64,000 bases of DNA. Origin: Lytechinus pictus. Lineage: Eukaryota. The stretch is taken from positions 51,956,001 to 52,020,000 of the forward strand of contig NC_087249.1 of assembly GCF_037042905.1 (NCBI RefSeq), given 5' to 3'. Under the pieces are notes generated by a model that did not search any database, had not been told where the DNA came from, and was given only the letters and a program-made list of their open reading frames with translations. The position numbers and the translations under genes were made by a program. Position 1 is the first letter of the stretch, and each line of letters starts with the position of its first letter. Shown here piece after piece: positions 35,601-49,400 of this stretch.

Positions 35601-37451
35601 TGCCCTGCTCAGATGTCTGATACGGTTAATAATACGTAATATCAGCTCTGCATGCAGTAGGTCCTTCGGAATGAAAATTCTGTATTTGATATTTAATCAA
35701 GTTTTCAAAGGCATCTTGTATTTAGAAATCCCATGTTAATTTATTTTAAATTTCAAAGGAAGAAAATCGACCCAGAAATTAAAAAAAATATTAAAGAGAA
35801 TAAAAATGACAGCGGGAAGAGTTTGCTCAATGCTGGGATCGTCAGGCTGGGGTTAATCCCTCTTCTGTAACTTTTCATCTCTGCAGGCAAGCCTGAGCGC
35901 TGAGCCAGGGTTAAACGATAAACAGCAGCTTCAAAACTGGCCTATATCTCTAACAATGATTTTTCCTCATGGAAACTACATGTAAATTTTTTTTTATTTT
36001 GTTGAAAAAAACATGCTGAAACTTAAGCATGAAGGAAACCAGAGTAACATACCTACGATGATGCTCACTGATTGCTTGTGTTCAGCACTCTCACTTATTT
36101 CTGTGCTGTTCAAGAAATCTTTGCCATGGGCGGTAAAGATAACGTCTGGATCTAGAACCCTTGCCTTCCTGCTGGTAGGTCTAGAATTCATGCTTTCTGA
36201 TGAACCTGTGTAAAAAAAATCATCATTCCTTCTAGAAACCAAGAAGAATGTCAGGTTTACTCATTTAAAACACAAATCATACTTGACTAGCTAGACGTGC
36301 TCAAATGGGCCCCATTGCACAAAATGGTAACTTTGCCATCCTGAGTACGTTTCACGGAGTCCTTGCTTTTAATTGGCTGTTGAGCATCATTACCATGGTA
36401 GTTACCACAGGATAGCAAAGTTACCATAATGATAACTTTTATGCAGCAGGACCCTGAGCCCCATTTAATAAACAGTTGGTATGATAGTAACCGTCTTGCT
36501 GGAATGTCAACTATCATGACAACAATGAAAATTCTGCTTTCTGAGACCCGTTACATAAAACTTTTTGCCATAAAAAAACTCTGGCAAACAAAATTATGCC
36601 ATTGAAAATTACACATAAAAAAACTCTGGCCAAAAATTTGCCAGACTTTTTTATGGCAAAAGTTTTATGCAACGGTATCTGGTTGGCTCTTCCAGTGAAA
36701 GTTAACACTCCATCAAGAGCTGCTATCAGAGCAACTTTTTTGTGAAATAGGGCCTTGACATAAGTTGCAAATCTCATATTTCACTGCCTATTCACAGTCA
36801 TAATAGTCTTAAGGTGTCACATATAACTCATACTCGGATAGCATTTGACCCACATTTTTTTTATGATTGACTTGCAATATATACCATGTTTAGATAAAAA
36901 GTACATTCAACATAAACATAATGGCACGACTCAAATAAAACATAGGTACATATAACTAATTAAATAAACAAAGGAAATAAAAAGATATTGACAAAAAACA
37001 TGTTTCTGTAGCTATTAAGAACATTGTTTACAGAGAATACATAATATTTTTTAATGAAATTTCCACTTATTCAGTCCAACATGAATAGAGTGACCTTGAA
37101 TCTGACCTTGTTCGGCGATGGTGCGCAAAGGAGTTTTGCCTCTCGTCAGATCCTTATGTTTATTTCTCACCATGGAAACTACTTCTCTTGTCAAGAGGAT
37201 CTTGTGCTCTGCAAATCCACGGCTGAAAAATTGAGGCCCGGTGATCCGAGGGACATAGTGGAACAGATCCCTCAATACCTGTTAAATTAAAGGAATAAGA
37301 ATATATATATATATATATATATAAATTCTTTCTGAAGAATTAAAGACGAAACTAGTTAAAGTGGAATATTAGAGCATTCTTTGACTATTCTTCATTTAGT
37401 TTGATTATTATATTCTTTCCGTGACGGGGGACATACTTCGTTATTTCATCG

Positions 37452-37483
<32 letters not shown>

Positions 37484-40400
37484 TATATATATTTCAATTC
37501 ATTTTCATTTCATTTATATCCACAAAAGCAGTAAAATAAATGCACTTTGTATAAACATATATCAAACAAAATCATCATGACATAATTATTGTAAAAGTAG
37601 TTAAAAAATCATAAATCATCTTGTAATTTTTAATCTGTCAAAATTTAGGGAATGAGAATATATATATATATATATTTTTTTTTTCTTTTTCTTTTCATTT
37701 CCATTAATATCCATAATAACAGCAAAATAAACACACTTTACATATCAAAATTGTAATAGAATTTAGATGAAATTGAAATGTTATAAAAGTAGTTGAATAA
37801 TTACTAATCATCATGTAAACTAATTTTTGATAGCTCTATCAAAATTATGGAGGAAACATTGAGAAAGAGCTTTGGTATACTATAAAGGCACAGATTATAA
37901 TAAATATACAGCAAATACTACAATAAGGCACCCCAGTTTTTTTTTTTTTTTTTTATTTATGTATGGAACAAAATACAAAAAATAAAATCAATAGTATATT
38001 AGTATACTGTACACAAACATATCTCTTCAGAATAACACATATCTTTTTTTTGACACTCTTAATCTCTTTCTCATATCTTCATAATACTCTCTTCTGGAGC
38101 AAGAATTGGTGTAATAGATATAAATATTCCTTTTTTTTTTTAAATACATAATTCTTGTCAATGTAAGTGTAAACTAGTTTGCTTAATTTTACTTTTTCTT
38201 GCTCTAAATTTTCCACCATAGAGCAATGTACTTATTACATATATGCTGCATGTATCAGGCCTGCATTCATTGTAAAGCACTAGATCTCTTACATCTGGAT
38301 CCCTGGTTATTATAGGTAAGTGTCAAGTTAAGAGCTCAGGGAATAATTTTCCTGGTATCGCATCGCAATTTGCACCAAATTTTTGAAAGACTGCTATGCA
38401 TAAAGTCTTTTGTAAAGCATATATTTACACAGGACTGTAAATTACTTGGCTGCAGAGCTTTTCTCCTATGACCAAAAATGATATTCAAATTTGTAAAGCA
38501 AAATTATTCCCTGGAGCTACATAAGCAAATAAACAAATCACTATACTACCCTCCCCCCACCCTCATCGAGGTATCGGCCCATCAGGGCACAAGAGTCTGA
38601 AGATTGAAGTCATGTACTCAACTCCACAATGGGGAGGTTATAATATACCAATAAACCTGCACTGCACATTGCATATTGCATAATGTATACATATTCTACA
38701 TTATATGCAGAGCATATGTCATGATAATGGGATATATACCCAGTGCATTTTGTGTGTACCCATAAAAGTGTGCCAGTACAATACACTGTGCTTTGTTATT
38801 GCTTTTATGCTAGCTCATATCCTATACACACAAGAATAACACAACAAAGCCATGCATGCACACACAGTGCAAACACACAACCCGTACCCAAGATATTGTT
38901 AAGGTGCTCTTGTAATGGAACTCAGATTGAGTTTTACACAGTGATGCTGCTGGCCAAATCAGTTCACTTTCCCTGCATTTTCTTCAACAACAGAAACAAA
39001 GCATTGTGAATTTATGCAGTAATTTATCTGGGATTCTACATAAAGCTCAGGAACTTAAAACGAATGTGACTGTCACCCTTCTTTAGTAATTTGCCCACAG
39101 GTAAAGTATCTGGGAAACTACAGTGTCTTATGCACATGCATTGGTTCATGCAGTGGTACATGCATGAAGGCCTGTACCTGCATAAGGTTGCTGCATGTGT
39201 GTGTGTTGTACATGTACGTGTAAGCCTAATGTGTACTGACTCAGTTTGGTTATGTGTGAGGTGTGTGTGTATACAGTTTGCAAGCAAAACTAAATCGAGA
39301 AAAATGATCTGATATATTATTGGAAGAAACATAATTATACAATGAATTTTTCAAATAACATCAGTTGCCTGAAAGGTGATTTCATTTTGGAATAGGAATG
39401 TATTCAATTGGTTTTAAATAAAGTATAAAACCAAGTATTAGGCCTAATTACTTATTTCCCTAGCTCATATCCTTTCTGGTTGAAATTAGTTATCCCCGTC
39501 TCTTCTTGTGATGCAAACTACACATAGATTTTAATATAGCCTAGCCTGCTGGGTTTAGCAAGCATGAATACATGTCAAAGTTCATTGTATAATTTTGTAA
39601 TCCTTCAATTAAACCTGTATCTATATAAATTGTCCTCTGCTTTTATAGAGATCTGGGGAATGAAGTTTAGAGTGAATTGGAATGAGGAAATTATAGTATC
39701 GGTAGCATTAAAACATATACATGTAACGGCCTTCAACACATCCAATAATAGAAAAATCATGAACATTATCAAACCTCAAGCTTCATTCTTGGAATGTCAA
39801 CTTTCCTTTTTTTTTTCTCCAATTAACGGTTTGTTTAATTCACATATGACTTTATTAAGTATGTGCTATATTCATCAGATATATATATTATATTGCAGTA
39901 TTATGTGCTATACTTTGAGATATCCATGATCATTATATAGCCTACCACATGTAGGCGAATCAACATTTTGCTCATTTATTTTCCTTTTGAAAATTCGGTT
40001 CATAAAATCAAAAGACAATTTGTATTTGTTTTGTTTCATAAATAAAAAAAAATGTATGTGCCTATACTTTAATTGGTGATAAAATACATAACCCCATATG
40101 CTTGAATTTGTGAAAGTTAAAGCTGAAACTTAAAGGCCACTTCATGCACCCCAACAAAAGTTTATTGCTTTTATGAAAAGAGAGTAATCCAACAAGAATA
40201 ACACTACAAATTTTATCAAACTTGGATGGAAAATAAGTAATGACATTCTTTAATTTTGCCTAAATAAAAAAAAAGTTATATGCACATCTTGATCTTTATG
40301 CAAATGAGGAGACTGATGTCACCCACTCACTACATGCATTTCTTATGTATTTTATTATATGAAATATTCAAATTTTCTCCTCATTGTACATCAAATGTGA

Positions 40401-43400
40401 AATACATGTATGTTGAATTACCATTGCTTTAATATTTTGTGTTTCAGTAAAGTAATTTGTCAAAATGGTATAATAAAAAAAAAGAAGAAATAGTGAGTCA
40501 GGGACATCATTGCATGTCTATTTGCATGCCACCAAGTTTTGCTTTAAAACTTTAAAATGTCATAACTTTCTTATTTTACATCCGATTGGGATGAAATTTT
40601 CGGTGTTATGCTGGCTTGTTTTCTCTCTACTGATTCAAATCAACATTCTTCTGGAGTGGACTTTCCCTTATAAAGATGAAACCATGACGCTTTTAAAGGT
40701 GAAAAATATTTTAATGGCTGCAAATACTGGTTATTCCACATAACAAGTATGTACCATAACAAAGGGTAAACATGCAATTTTATATTAAATGGCACAACTC
40801 AGTCACACAGATGCACAATGTAAGTTGATTTTATTAATACATTCTGATACACTTGCATATCTGGTTCATTACTTACCTATCTTAATACCTGAACCACAAA
40901 CATCAGAATTGACAAAATTTTATATTTTTTTTACAAATACACCTAGACCTAATACCTTCTTTAATTTTGTTTGATCTCCCAACATTGGAGCTAGTATTGG
41001 ACCTAGACCATGTCCTCCACTATGTCCTCTGCATTCTACCTGGTCCAGTGGATGCCAGGACCATGTACAGAACCAGGAACCAGTAAAGAATTCAGCATCA
41101 TTGGACTAGAAGACATCAAAGATGACTATCGATATGCCTTGGAGACTGGACGTATTACCATGGCAACGTATCGCTTTCGGAGTGGTTCTAACGTCGGAAG
41201 CATGCATCGCTTGTGCAAGGTGCTTGGATCCGCAGGTAATCCACACAGCCGACAGCCCCCCAATAAAAAAAAAATGGATGTACCAAACAAACCCAAAAGG
41301 CTGTTTTGACAGTTTTAATTTGGCCCCTATTTTGTCTTTTTATTTTGGTGAACATTGCATTTTTTCCCTGAAAACTAAGGTACCGGTACATGTACATATA
41401 CAGGTATTCCAAATAGTTTGACGAAGATAAAAATAAAACTATGATAAGCTCTTGCATTAATAATTCTCTGTAATTATGAAGAGGACTTGTCTAATTGATA
41501 TGAAATTTTTTGAGCTAATTTGATGACTCCTAGAAAGATTGAATGAGGTCTAACTCTCCTATTGTCTAATTTGCACAATCGTGTGAAAACAAGCATCGTG
41601 TGAAAACAAGCACTTGTGCTTTAATAGACTAGTCAAAAGTTCCTTTGATAGAAAATGTTTTTCTCTTTGTAATGAGTGTTAGGATCATTCAATAATAGTG
41701 AATTATACACCATTTCAAATCTGAGAATCCTCTTTCAGTGGGGATATTAAATTGAATATTAATTATTATACAACTCCCAAGAATGTTCTATAATCTGATT
41801 GGTCCAAATCGGATCACATGATATTCAGCGAATTGCACTATTGCATCCAAAATGCACTATACTGCACTCTGACGTCATACCAAAAGTACTATCCTGCACT
41901 CTGACGTCAGAGTGCAGGATAGTGCGAGGTCTGGAATTATCTAGAATAATCTAGAATTTAGATCAAATATAGCATTCAGGGCAACTCAGTAACATGGGTG
42001 ATAAGGGGGGTTGTATAAAACAAACAATGCACGCATTATTGTGCATAGAGGACCTAAATAATGAACTCTGTGCTCGACTCGCCAAATGGATATACCGCAC
42101 TCGGTCCTGCTGACCTCGGTGCGGTATATCCATTGGCTCTTCTCGCACATCATTCATTATTTGGCCCTGCATGCACGCGCTTACGTGCATTATTTGTATA
42201 CATGTACTAACAACTCTTTGTAAGTCTTGCCATGTCTTGTCACATACATGTATAGTGTACAGGGAATCATTTTCCTGGTATTGCATTACAATTTGCTCCA
42301 CATTTTTAAAGACTGCTATACATAAAGTCTTTTTTATAACATATTTTTACAAAGGACTGTACATTACTTAGTTGAGAGCTTTTCTCTTATGACCAAAGAT
42401 GCTATTAAAATTTGTAAAGCAAAATTATTGTGAATCTATTGACATGACAGGAGATAAATCTCTTTTGGAGGTCGACTTGATGGCATTTATGAATGGAGGC
42501 GAGGATGGGTCTGGAGTCTATACTATCGAAGATGAGAAGGTGAGATCCTGTAATTCCTTCATATTTCACACCCATTACAGCTCTACACTGTGGTTACATG
42601 GATACACAGTAATATGCAGTCTAGTGCCATATACATGTATGTATGGTCAAGTATTCAACTCATTGAATGCAGTGAACAACGGATAATCAAAGCCCTGCCG
42701 GATCTAGCAACAAGTAATTGGTAGAATGGGGTCGAATGAGTGGAGTTCATTCTTGATCATGTAACAGGATAATGGACCTTCTTAGAAATTCAAGATCCTT
42801 GGGCATGAAGTAACTATGCGAGATAATTTTATCATATGCCTCTTTTAAAAAAGTTTTTGAAGAGCAGTTAGAGATTCTATTAAAAAAATGATTGATTTAT
42901 CTCTATCTGACTAATGAAATATTATTATCTGTAGTATGAACCACACAATCACATTGTGATGTGGGCCCATCAAAGCTCATTAGGGAAGGTCATTTGAATC
43001 ATATTTTACCAACATTTCTAATCAGACTAATGGTCAACAAGGTGGAACTAAAAATAAAAATATTTCAATTTTTATTCTTATTTATAAAAGAAAATACTAC
43101 AGTAGGGTAAACTTTATAAGAGAGATCATGAGAGCTGTGTCAAGGAATAAATTTCAAGTTTCATAAAATACGAATTTAAGTTCAAACAAGTGGAACGCCT
43201 CTGGCAGTCTTGCCCGCATTATGCGATTCAATATAGCAGCAGTGCTGACTTTGAAAACAGCTATTGAATAATTAGTCGCAAAAGAAAACACTCATATGAT
43301 AATAAAATTCTATGTTCGTTGACCCAACATGAACTTTGACCATGATCATGTGACCTACTAAGACATGTGCAAAACATACTTAATTACCCTTATGTTATGT

Positions 43401-46400
43401 CTATGTTTCACAATCTACATGCCAATTCAGCAAAATACCCCCAAAGTTCATTGACCTTAAATGACCTTTGATCTTGGTCATGTGACCTGAAACACCCACA
43501 GGATATTCAGGGATACATGGTTATGAACTAGATCCATAAACTTTTAAAGTTATGACAATTCCACAAATACCCCCAACATTATCAAAGTTTGTTGGCCCTA
43601 AAAGACCTTTGAACTTGATCATGTGACCTGAAACTTGCTTAGGATGTTCAGGGTTACTTAATTGCTCTCATGTCTAAGTTTCATGAACTAGATCCATAAA
43701 TTTTCAGTTATGACAATTCCACAAATACCCCCAAAATGGTCAAAGTTCCTAGACCCTAAATGACCTTTGACCTTAGTCATGTGACCTGAAACTCAGGCAG
43801 GATCTTCAGTAATACTTGATTACCATTATTTTTAAGTTTCATGAACTAGGTCCGTATATTTTCTAAGTTATGATGACATTTCAAAAACTTAACCTTGGTT
43901 AAGATTTCAATGTTGACGACGTCCGTCGGAAAAGCGGCACCTATAGTCTCGCTTTGCTATGCAGGCAAGACGAAAATGGGCAGATGTCTGTGTTACTCCA
44001 TTCTCATATCAGGGGCCAAGAATCTTAATCAGCTGGTAAATGTTTGTTTTTGCTAAAGCCCTCCAGCTGTGCTCGTAAGGCCCCTGCATATTATTACCCA
44101 GTTTTGGGGGATCTAAAACATGGAGAAAAAAATAATAATGAAGCATATACTAAATTCTACCTAACAGCCAAATCAGCTGACCTTTAGGAAGCAGTCTGGC
44201 TCTAGGCCTCCACCTTGGGAGGTTGAGAAAGAGATGCTCACACTGCTGGAGGAGAACCATAAAGTCAAAAGAGAGAACGAAGCACTGAGAACAAAGCTTG
44301 CCAAAGCAGTTGGTAAGAAGGAATAGCATTAAGAATTCAAAGGGGCAAGGCCAAGGTGGTGCTCACTTTCGAATCTTTCAAATCCATTCATGAAGGGCAT
44401 TAATAGTAAAAAAAATTTTGATGGGATATGCACTGGATTACCACAGGACACCAAGGCCTTGGGTTAATTCGAGCCGTCTTTAATGTTTCATGATGGCATG
44501 TATTACTACTTACCTTTGCTAGGAATACTATATAAAAAAATCCACTTTATACTGTTATCAAGATTTTTTCCAACAATAATTTTTTTGCCAGGGATCACAG
44601 GAGCCTACTTTATTTTGCAATGCAAATTTTAAAAGAAATGTGAGGAGGATCATAGATCATAATAATTTGAAGACAGTATTTGATGAAACAATAAATTTGT
44701 GGGGACTCCAGAAGTACTTTCCCTAGCATTACACGAGGATTTTTATTGTATCCTTTAGTATAAAACCTTCACAAGATTTACAAATTTATCATACACAATT
44801 TTGCTATATTTTCCTTTAAAGATGCAAGTCAAATTTAAAAAGTGTAATTATTCCATAATTTCTTACATCTTTACCATTATAAATAATCAGTTTTCAATGA
44901 ATCCTGTATTTTCAGATGTGGGTGACTTGAAGAACATTTTGGAGACTACCATACTCAACATCCAGAAAAAACAAATTGTTCAACCATCACTCAATGAGCA
45001 GACTCCCTCCAGCCAAGTGTCCCAGCCAATCATTGAAACCCTGCACATGACTCAAGACATGGACTTGATATCACAACCTCAGCTCTCCAGTATGGTTGAT
45101 CACAACATGTCGTCAATGCAAGGGTTTCCCTTATCTACATCGGTCACACAGAGACAACCTCCTAGGCGAGCCCCAACAGTAAACTCTGTGAGCCACCAGC
45201 TAACAAGAACATCCTCGTCCACTACTACTGCCCAAAGTCAGTCTAGAGCACCAGAATCAGAAATGGATAACCCTTACATCGTCAGAGTTCAGTCACTAGC
45301 CGAGTCAACGCCCATTCCACCAGCACCGCCTCACCCTGTCGAAGTCCGACCTGCTGGGATTGCTCCACGTGAGAAACAAGGGGGAAATTCCATCAACCAA
45401 TTAAACAGAGGGTACACTAGGCCTTCGGCGCAGATCAACCAGCGAAAGAACAATGTGAGACAGAGGCAGATAAAGACCCCTCATTGGCAGGCTAGCTATG
45501 TTTCAGATGGTATCACTGAACGTCTCAGGATTGGACGGAGTGGGGTGAGCCAAAGCCCTTCCATGAGTACCAATAGTACTATTGCAAATATTTCGGCACC
45601 ATCAATACAACGCATGAAACCTATTACAATGAAGGGTGCGGCTCAAGATGATCATGATGGGGATAAGGTGAGAGACAAGAACATGTAGCTTAGAAGTGCC
45701 ATCTAGATGTACAGATTTCCTCTCGTCATGTCTACATCCTTTAAAAGAGATTGCTTTGTATTAAATTGGTTTATTAAAGGACAAGTCCACCCCAACAAAA
45801 AATTTATTTGAATAAAAAGAGAAAAATCCAACAAGCATAACACTGAAAATTTCATCAAAATCGGATGTAAAATAAGAAAGTTATGACATTTTAAAGTTTC
45901 ACTTAATTTCACAAAACAGTTATATGCACATCCTGGTCGGTATGCAAATGAGGAGACTGATGACGTCATCTACTCACTATTTCTTTTGTATCTAATTATA
46001 TGAAATATTCTAATTTTCTCCTCATTGTCAAGTTAAACAGTGATTAATTCCTCCCTATACATGTGGAATCAGCATTGTTTAATACTATATGGTTCAGTCA
46101 AGTCGGTCCTTATGGACAAATCTGTAAAAAATGAAATATTGTATAATTCAAACAATAAAAAACAAAAGAAATAGTGAGTAATGGACATCATCGACTGACT
46201 CATTTGCATGTCAGTGAGTTGTGCATATCACTATTTTGTGAAAAATAAGCGAAACTTTAAAAAATACCATAACTATCTTATTTTACATCCGATTTTGACG
46301 AAATTTTTGGTGTTATGCTAGTTTGATTTTTCTCTATTTATTTAAATCAACATTTTGCTGGGGTGGACTTGACCTTTAAAAACATCAGCTCGAATGGTCA

Positions 46401-49400
46401 CATTACAAGCTCCTTACACCATGTGAGCTCACAGGACACTACTATTGGGCATCTTGTCATCTCTCCTAAAGGATGAAGACATGATGGGATCGGAGATATT
46501 GTCATCTGGTCATTTTTTCTACTGGATGATCACATGACAAGAAGATTATCTGTACATCTGGATAGCACTTCTAAGCTTCCATAAAATCTTGGTGAATGCT
46601 TACTTTAAACTATAAACTCAGAATCAGAATAAGACAAGATGTCTAACCATAAGCAACAACTGGTGCTCCCCCTCACAGCCTCCCCCCCCCCCCATCCTAA
46701 AAACATACCCCTAGATTAAAATTATAATACAGATTTGGAAGTCTGCTACCCCCGTTACACTATAAACTCCCCTTCCCATATTTTGGGGTTAAAGCAAAAT
46801 ATTGTGTGAAATATTGTGAATTCATGACCATAGCATCAAGATCATCTCCTAATTTTCATATTTTTTTCAATCTTCAGCTGGTCGAGCTTGTTGTGGGCTC
46901 GGGCATCTGGTTACCAAGGAAACAGCTAAAGCTGTCGCAGAGAACCAAAGGACTCAGCCAGTACACCAGGAAGTTAGTCATGCTCCTGTTCAACATGAAA
47001 GAACTCAGTACCAGCTCTGTTACTGGCTTCAAGGCAACAGGCAAAGGCAGTGAGAATGCCATCAAGCGTCCGGCCCTGGACCCCAAGAGAGTTCATGCCA
47101 TAATCAGTAAGTCCGTTGAAACACAACATTTGTCCTAAGGGGGACACTCAACAAACTATCACTGTACAATTTTTAAATTTAAATCCAGTAGCGAACAGTT
47201 TAATAATGGGGAAATGTTTTGGGGTCTTTCCATGAAGTTGGGGCATGAATTGGGTCATTTCAGCATAACTCAAGACTAACTATACGGTGCGTATAAAAAA
47301 AACGGGACAGATTTGAAAAGTCTATAAAATTTTTTTTTCAAATTATGATGTCTATATTTTGATGTTAATAGGTGCTCTAAGGTCCTATCTTTCAAATGCC
47401 ATTAAAGAAATCAGTTTCGTTCATGCTTGAGCGAACACGGAATGTTTTTGTCTGGGGTTAAAAAGGAGGCTTGCGCCAAAATGGCATAAAATTATAAATA
47501 TGATGATCGGACTTCTTGCTAATTAGCAGACTTCCTCTTAACCTTTTCATTATCTTTGCCATAATTTCAAATTATGCGGTCAAAATTCATTTTCAGATCT
47601 ATTTGCTTGAATTGTTCTGTTGTTGTTTCTTTTTAATATGCTCTCTGTTAGCTTCGAATATTCCTTTAAGCTAAAACAATTTTGTTTCAACCGAAGTATG
47701 GGAGAGCGTGGATTTTTTATCAAATCCTTTCATTGTGTGTTACAAAGGTTATGGTGCCTTTTGAGTTTTGAACTGTGCCACACAGATGGGCGGGGGCTCG
47801 GGATGCTCCCCCCTCAATTGAAATAAATCATGACCAAGAAAAAAAGTGGACAGGAAATAAAAGGAAAGATAGAAAGTAAAATATGATATTGTTTTCTGAA
47901 TATTTTAAATGTCAAAATCTATCACAAAATTTTATATTGTAATAAAAAAGTGGGAATATTTGCGTGCTCACTTCGCTCGCTTTCAACTTTTTAATACATT
48001 TTACCCGATCTGCCATACATGTATCTAGCTCCTTCAAAATTGACTCAATACACCATTGCCATTGAAAGACATGAATCCCTTCCTGTGTTTCCTGTCAAGC
48101 AATTAAACTTGGTCAAGGAATAAATGACCCCTTGAAAAATAGATTCATGTCTTTTAAAGGTACATAACATAATTTGTTTCACATAATAAAAGGATTTGAA
48201 TAATCAAGTTTTCCCAATTAATAATGCAAATCTTCCATGCTTGGGTTGACAAAAAATCTTCTTTTCTCAGATACTTATTAAGGAAAATTAAAAGGTAAGA
48301 GAAGTTTAAATGAAAAAACCAAACAAAATAATTCAAGTAAATAAATAAATTTGTAAATAAAATTTAACAGCATAATTCGAAAATTGTGGCACAGATAATG
48401 AAAAGGTCAAGAGGAAGTCTCCTGATTAGCAAGAAGTCTGATCATCATATTACTCATATTCTGCAATTCTGGCGCAAGCCTCTTTTTGAACAAAAACGTC
48501 CCGTGTTCGCTCAAGCATGAACAAATTTTTTTTTTTTTTGCATTTCAAAGATAAGATTTTAGAGCATCTATTAACATCAAAATATAAATATCATAATTTG
48601 AAACAATTTTTTTATAGACTTTTCTAAACTGTCCCGTTTTTTTAATACGCACTGTATAAGATATTTTTTGTTTGTAGGCTTTATATTTGTATTAAATGGC
48701 ATTACATTTTACTGGAAATTTGGGGCTATTTAGACTCATTTTGAGCCAAACAGAGAATAATGCTGTACATAAAGAGTTACAACTGTTGTAACTTTGCCAT
48801 TATGGCAACTACCATGGTAACCTTGATTTTGATTGGCTGCTGAGCCCTGTTGCCATGGTAGTTGCCATAATGGCAAAGTTACAACAGCTGTAACTCTTAA
48901 TGAAATGGGCCCCAGGTCCTAAAATTCAAATTATGGCAATTAGGCTGACCAACACTTGATACAATATGCACATTTCCTTGTTTAATCAGGTAGCTACTTG
49001 TAAATACTTCAGATTTCCTTTGCATAGTTCAATTTATTTTTCAAAAGGAAATTTAAAAATAGTCACTATGCTACTAGGTGTCCACCAAATGTGACATTTC
49101 CCAATGCTACATGGACACTTATAATTTTTAAATTTTCTTTTGAAACTATACAGATGCACTAGGAAATCTGAGGTATTTAGCTACCTGACTTGACAAGTAA
49201 ATGTACTTATTGATTCAAGTTTTGGTCAGTCTAATTGCAATAATTTGACTTTTAAGACCAGATGTAAATATCCCAATACACAGACACCATGTCCATTAAA
49301 CAACCTTATACATAAAATGTACACTGTTTTACTAAATAACTTTAATAATAAAGAATTAAGCTAAATATATGTAGCCCTAAATTTACAGTAAAATGTATGG

